From positions 1 to 38,321 of the forward strand of contig JAXLNO010000150.1 in NCBI GenBank assembly GCA_038087875.1: DNA of 38,321 bases, in the 5' to 3' direction. Positions 36,136 to 38,321 of this stretch are shown in pieces (within the stretch, counting starts at the first letter, position 1; each line of letters begins with the position of its first letter). This stretch comes from Malacoraja senta. Taxonomy: Eukaryota. A program made the position numbers and the translations under genes. The notes under the pieces were generated by a model. It did no database searches and had not been told where the DNA came from. It worked only from the letters and a program-made list of their open reading frames with translations.

Positions 36136-36560
36136 ATCCAGCCTCCATACCAACTGGGGAATCCCAGGAAAAAACAGGTGAACCCCAGGAAACAGCCGAA
36201 CCCCAGGAAACATCACCCGAACCCCAGGAAATAGCACACGAATCCCAGGAAACAACAGTTGAACCACAGGAAACAACAGCCAAACCCCAGGAAAGAGCAG
36301 CCAAACCCAGGAAACAACAGCTGAACCCCAGGAAACAACAGCTGAACCCCAGGAAACAACAGCCGAACCCCAGGAAACAACAGCCGAACCCCAGGAAACA
36401 ACAGCTGAACCCCAGGAAACAACAGCTGAACCCCAGGAAACAACAGCCGAACCCCAGGAAACAACCGACAAACCCCAGGAAACAACAGCCAAACCCCAGG
36501 ATACAACAGCCGAACCCCGGAAGGATGTGCCCACCGTTCCAGAACGAGATACAACCTCAG
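36136..36560 (+). CDS. Exon A5, 425 nt as assembled, about 17 repeat units; one -1 frameshift at 36306-36308
   Basis: ctattacag|ATCC ... CCTCAG|gtattg. Restoring one C (cccc, as in the neighbouring units) gives 426 nt, in frame. Confidence 0.7.
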
Positions 36561-36619
36561 GTATTGATGGTTTTTATCTGACATCAGGTATTGATATTTC
36601 TCACCCCAAACGTCCGTGC

Positions 36620-37140
36620 TGGTGGGGAAAGGGCAGGGGAGGGTGACTTGAGGAATATTGGCATCGAGGAGATGGAGGAGAGAGGCTGGGGTGTGGGGTG
36701 AGGAAATCTGGAGAGAGAGAGAGGGGAGGAGGGGGTCTGTAATGGACGGGAGGGTGTGTGGAGTGGGGAGGGGGATCGGAAGTGGAGTAGGGGGTTTGTG
36801 GGAGGAGGCTTGGAATTGGGGGATGGAGGGTGGTTGGAAAAAGGTGAGGAGGATTTTTGGAGTGAGCTGAGGCTGATGTTGGGGAGTGGGGAGGGGGAGA
36901 TCTGGAGTGAGGGGAGGTGGGAGTGGGGGAGTGGGGAGGGGGAGGTCTGGAAGTTTGATGCTGGGGAGTGTGGAGGGGGTAGAGGGAGGTCTGGTATTGG
37001 GGTGGAGGTGGCAAGAGGGAGTCTGGGGAGATGGGCCAGGAATCCATTGGTGGAAGCGGACCCCAGGGGAGGGTGGATGTGGGACAGTGTGGAGAGGGGA
37101 GGAGGGCAAATAGAAATGTGAGTATCGTGGAAGAGAAGGG
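36620..37140 (+). repeat. G-rich, purine-skewed low-complexity intron tract (also ~690-1200, 12400-12900, 13420-13870, 32800-33250)
   Basis: Dense GGG/GGGG runs, e.g. ggggagtggggagggggag, downstream of every A exon. Confidence 0.8.
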
Positions 37141-37340
37141 CAGGTATAGCACGGGAACAGGCCCTTCATCCTTCGACCCTGATCCCGCGCTGAATAGTGA
37201 TCCCCGTACACTTGCACTATCCTGTACACTGGGGACAATTACAATTTATATCAAAGCCAAGGAGGAGGTGAGAGGGCAGGGAGGGGCGAGCGGAGGGGAA
37301 TGAGGGCAGAGTGACGATGGGCATGATGGGGGTGAGGAGC

Positions 37341-38180
37341 AGCAATGTTACAAAATTTTGAGATTTTAAAAATCAAGTCTGCAATTTATCCCTTCAGATA
37401 AAGCATAAAAATAAGTTTAATTTGACACCTAATTCACTTTCATATCTTCAGTATTAAAAAGGTTATGGCCATTTTCATTCTCTGAAATTAGCATCTTGTT
37501 CCCTATTGCTTCTCCATTGACTTAACTCAAAAGCTGTGATCGAGGACAGTCAAAAGCCCATAACTTTCTTAAAAATTAAGAGAACTGAATGAAATTTTCA
37601 GTTATTATAGATTGAAGCATTCTGAAACAAATATGAAACAATTTTACTTGGATGACCTGAAATTAAAGCATATAATTAGTTAGTTACCTAATTGTAGCTA
37701 ATTACAAAATTCAATTACTAGATCTAAACATCTATCCATTTCCTAAGAAATGGTTAACATTTTTAAATACCCTAAGTGTCCAAATAACATTCTCACAAGA
37801 ATTCACAATATAACATGATTTTTATATCTCATTGTCATGAATTTATAGGCCAAATGGAAGGAATTTGTGTTTAATTCCCGTAAATTAATGGCCATTTAAA
37901 TCATCTTGCGAGTGAGATTTTGTGGAACGCGATCGTTTGGAACGTTGCGGTTTGCGGTGAATTTAAACCCCATATCGGCAGGAAAAACACTTGCAGTTCA
38001 TATAAAAAACTTCAGAGAGAGCAAGTCGGATCGATTATTCTTCAGCAGCTTAACAGCCTGAGAAAGATCGAGTCCCGACAGGCACTCTAATCCCGCCCCC
38101 CTCTTAAAGGCGCCAAAGTCGCGCACACAGCCAGTGGCAGAACTGCAGCGCCGCTGAAGGTAAGTGTTGTAACATACCTA
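37341..38180 (+). mobile_element. Non-autonomous TIR element (hAT-like), 840 bp, no nested insertion
   Basis: Same termini; flanked by tgaggagc at 37333-37340 and 38181-38188; no ORF; has internal deletions relative to the 33467 copy. Confidence 0.85.
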
Positions 38181-38321
38181 TGAGGAGCAGAGGGAGTGGG
38201 GAGCAGAGCGGAGTGACGCAGGGACGGGTCCCAATGTGTGAGGTGTGTGGGGTGGAGGAGCTGGGAGGCAGTAACGGTCACTCCACTGTGGAGTGGGATG
38301 TACTGGGGGTGTCAGGATACA

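Larger units (their letters stand above)
32483..38321 (+). repeat. Start of higher-order unit 3: tandem A-exon modules (A4, A5 and the upstream intron of A6)
   Basis: The module (upstream intron - exon A - G-rich tract - truncated SINE - TIR element) repeats at 32483-35860, 35861-38180 and from 38181 onward. Confidence 0.88.

Noticed and set aside
36159..36515. 21-bp repeats as a CRISPR array
   Set aside because: The units are contiguous with no unique spacers, there are no cas genes, and the context is eukaryotic; this is a coding minisatellite.
36130..37238. Long minus-strand ORFs (AVVSWGS / LLFPGV repeats, Pro/Ser-rich) and the NPRKQQL frame
   Set aside because: These are shadow frames of the minisatellite and G-rich tracts. 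The splice phase and the synonymous pattern support only the + strand EPQETTA frame.

Overview
Eukaryotic, repeat-dense vertebrate DNA. The repeat families (HE1-type V-SINEs, CR1/HER1-like LINEs, Penelope fragments) point to a cartilaginous fish, probably a skate or ray; this is an inference. The window lies inside one + strand gene whose small exons the ORF track misses. Nine symmetric phase-1 exons are visible, each bounded by ...cag|ATCC and TCAG|gta (A1 lacks the final G). They belong to three related classes: A carries a variable number of 21-bp EPQETTA units, while B and C are 96 nt each. The order is A1-B1-C1-A2-A3-B2-C2-A4-A5, with A6 expected just beyond the window end. The exons were amplified at three levels: the 21-bp unit, a ~1.2-kb A-exon module, and a ~7.5-kb (A)n-B-C unit. 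Spliced, they encode a Cys-free, T/S/E/P/Q-rich mucin-like region. Start and end exons are not in the window, so the gene cannot be named. The introns hold deeply nested transposons. One nest is an L2-group LINE containing a Rex1/Babar element. The other is a 12.7-kb nest in which a non-autonomous TIR element contains an L1 (itself holding a CR1) and a structurally complete DIRS element (itself holding an L1 flanked by a 446-bp perfect duplication). No prokaryotic features, rRNA, true tRNA or CRISPR arrays are present.
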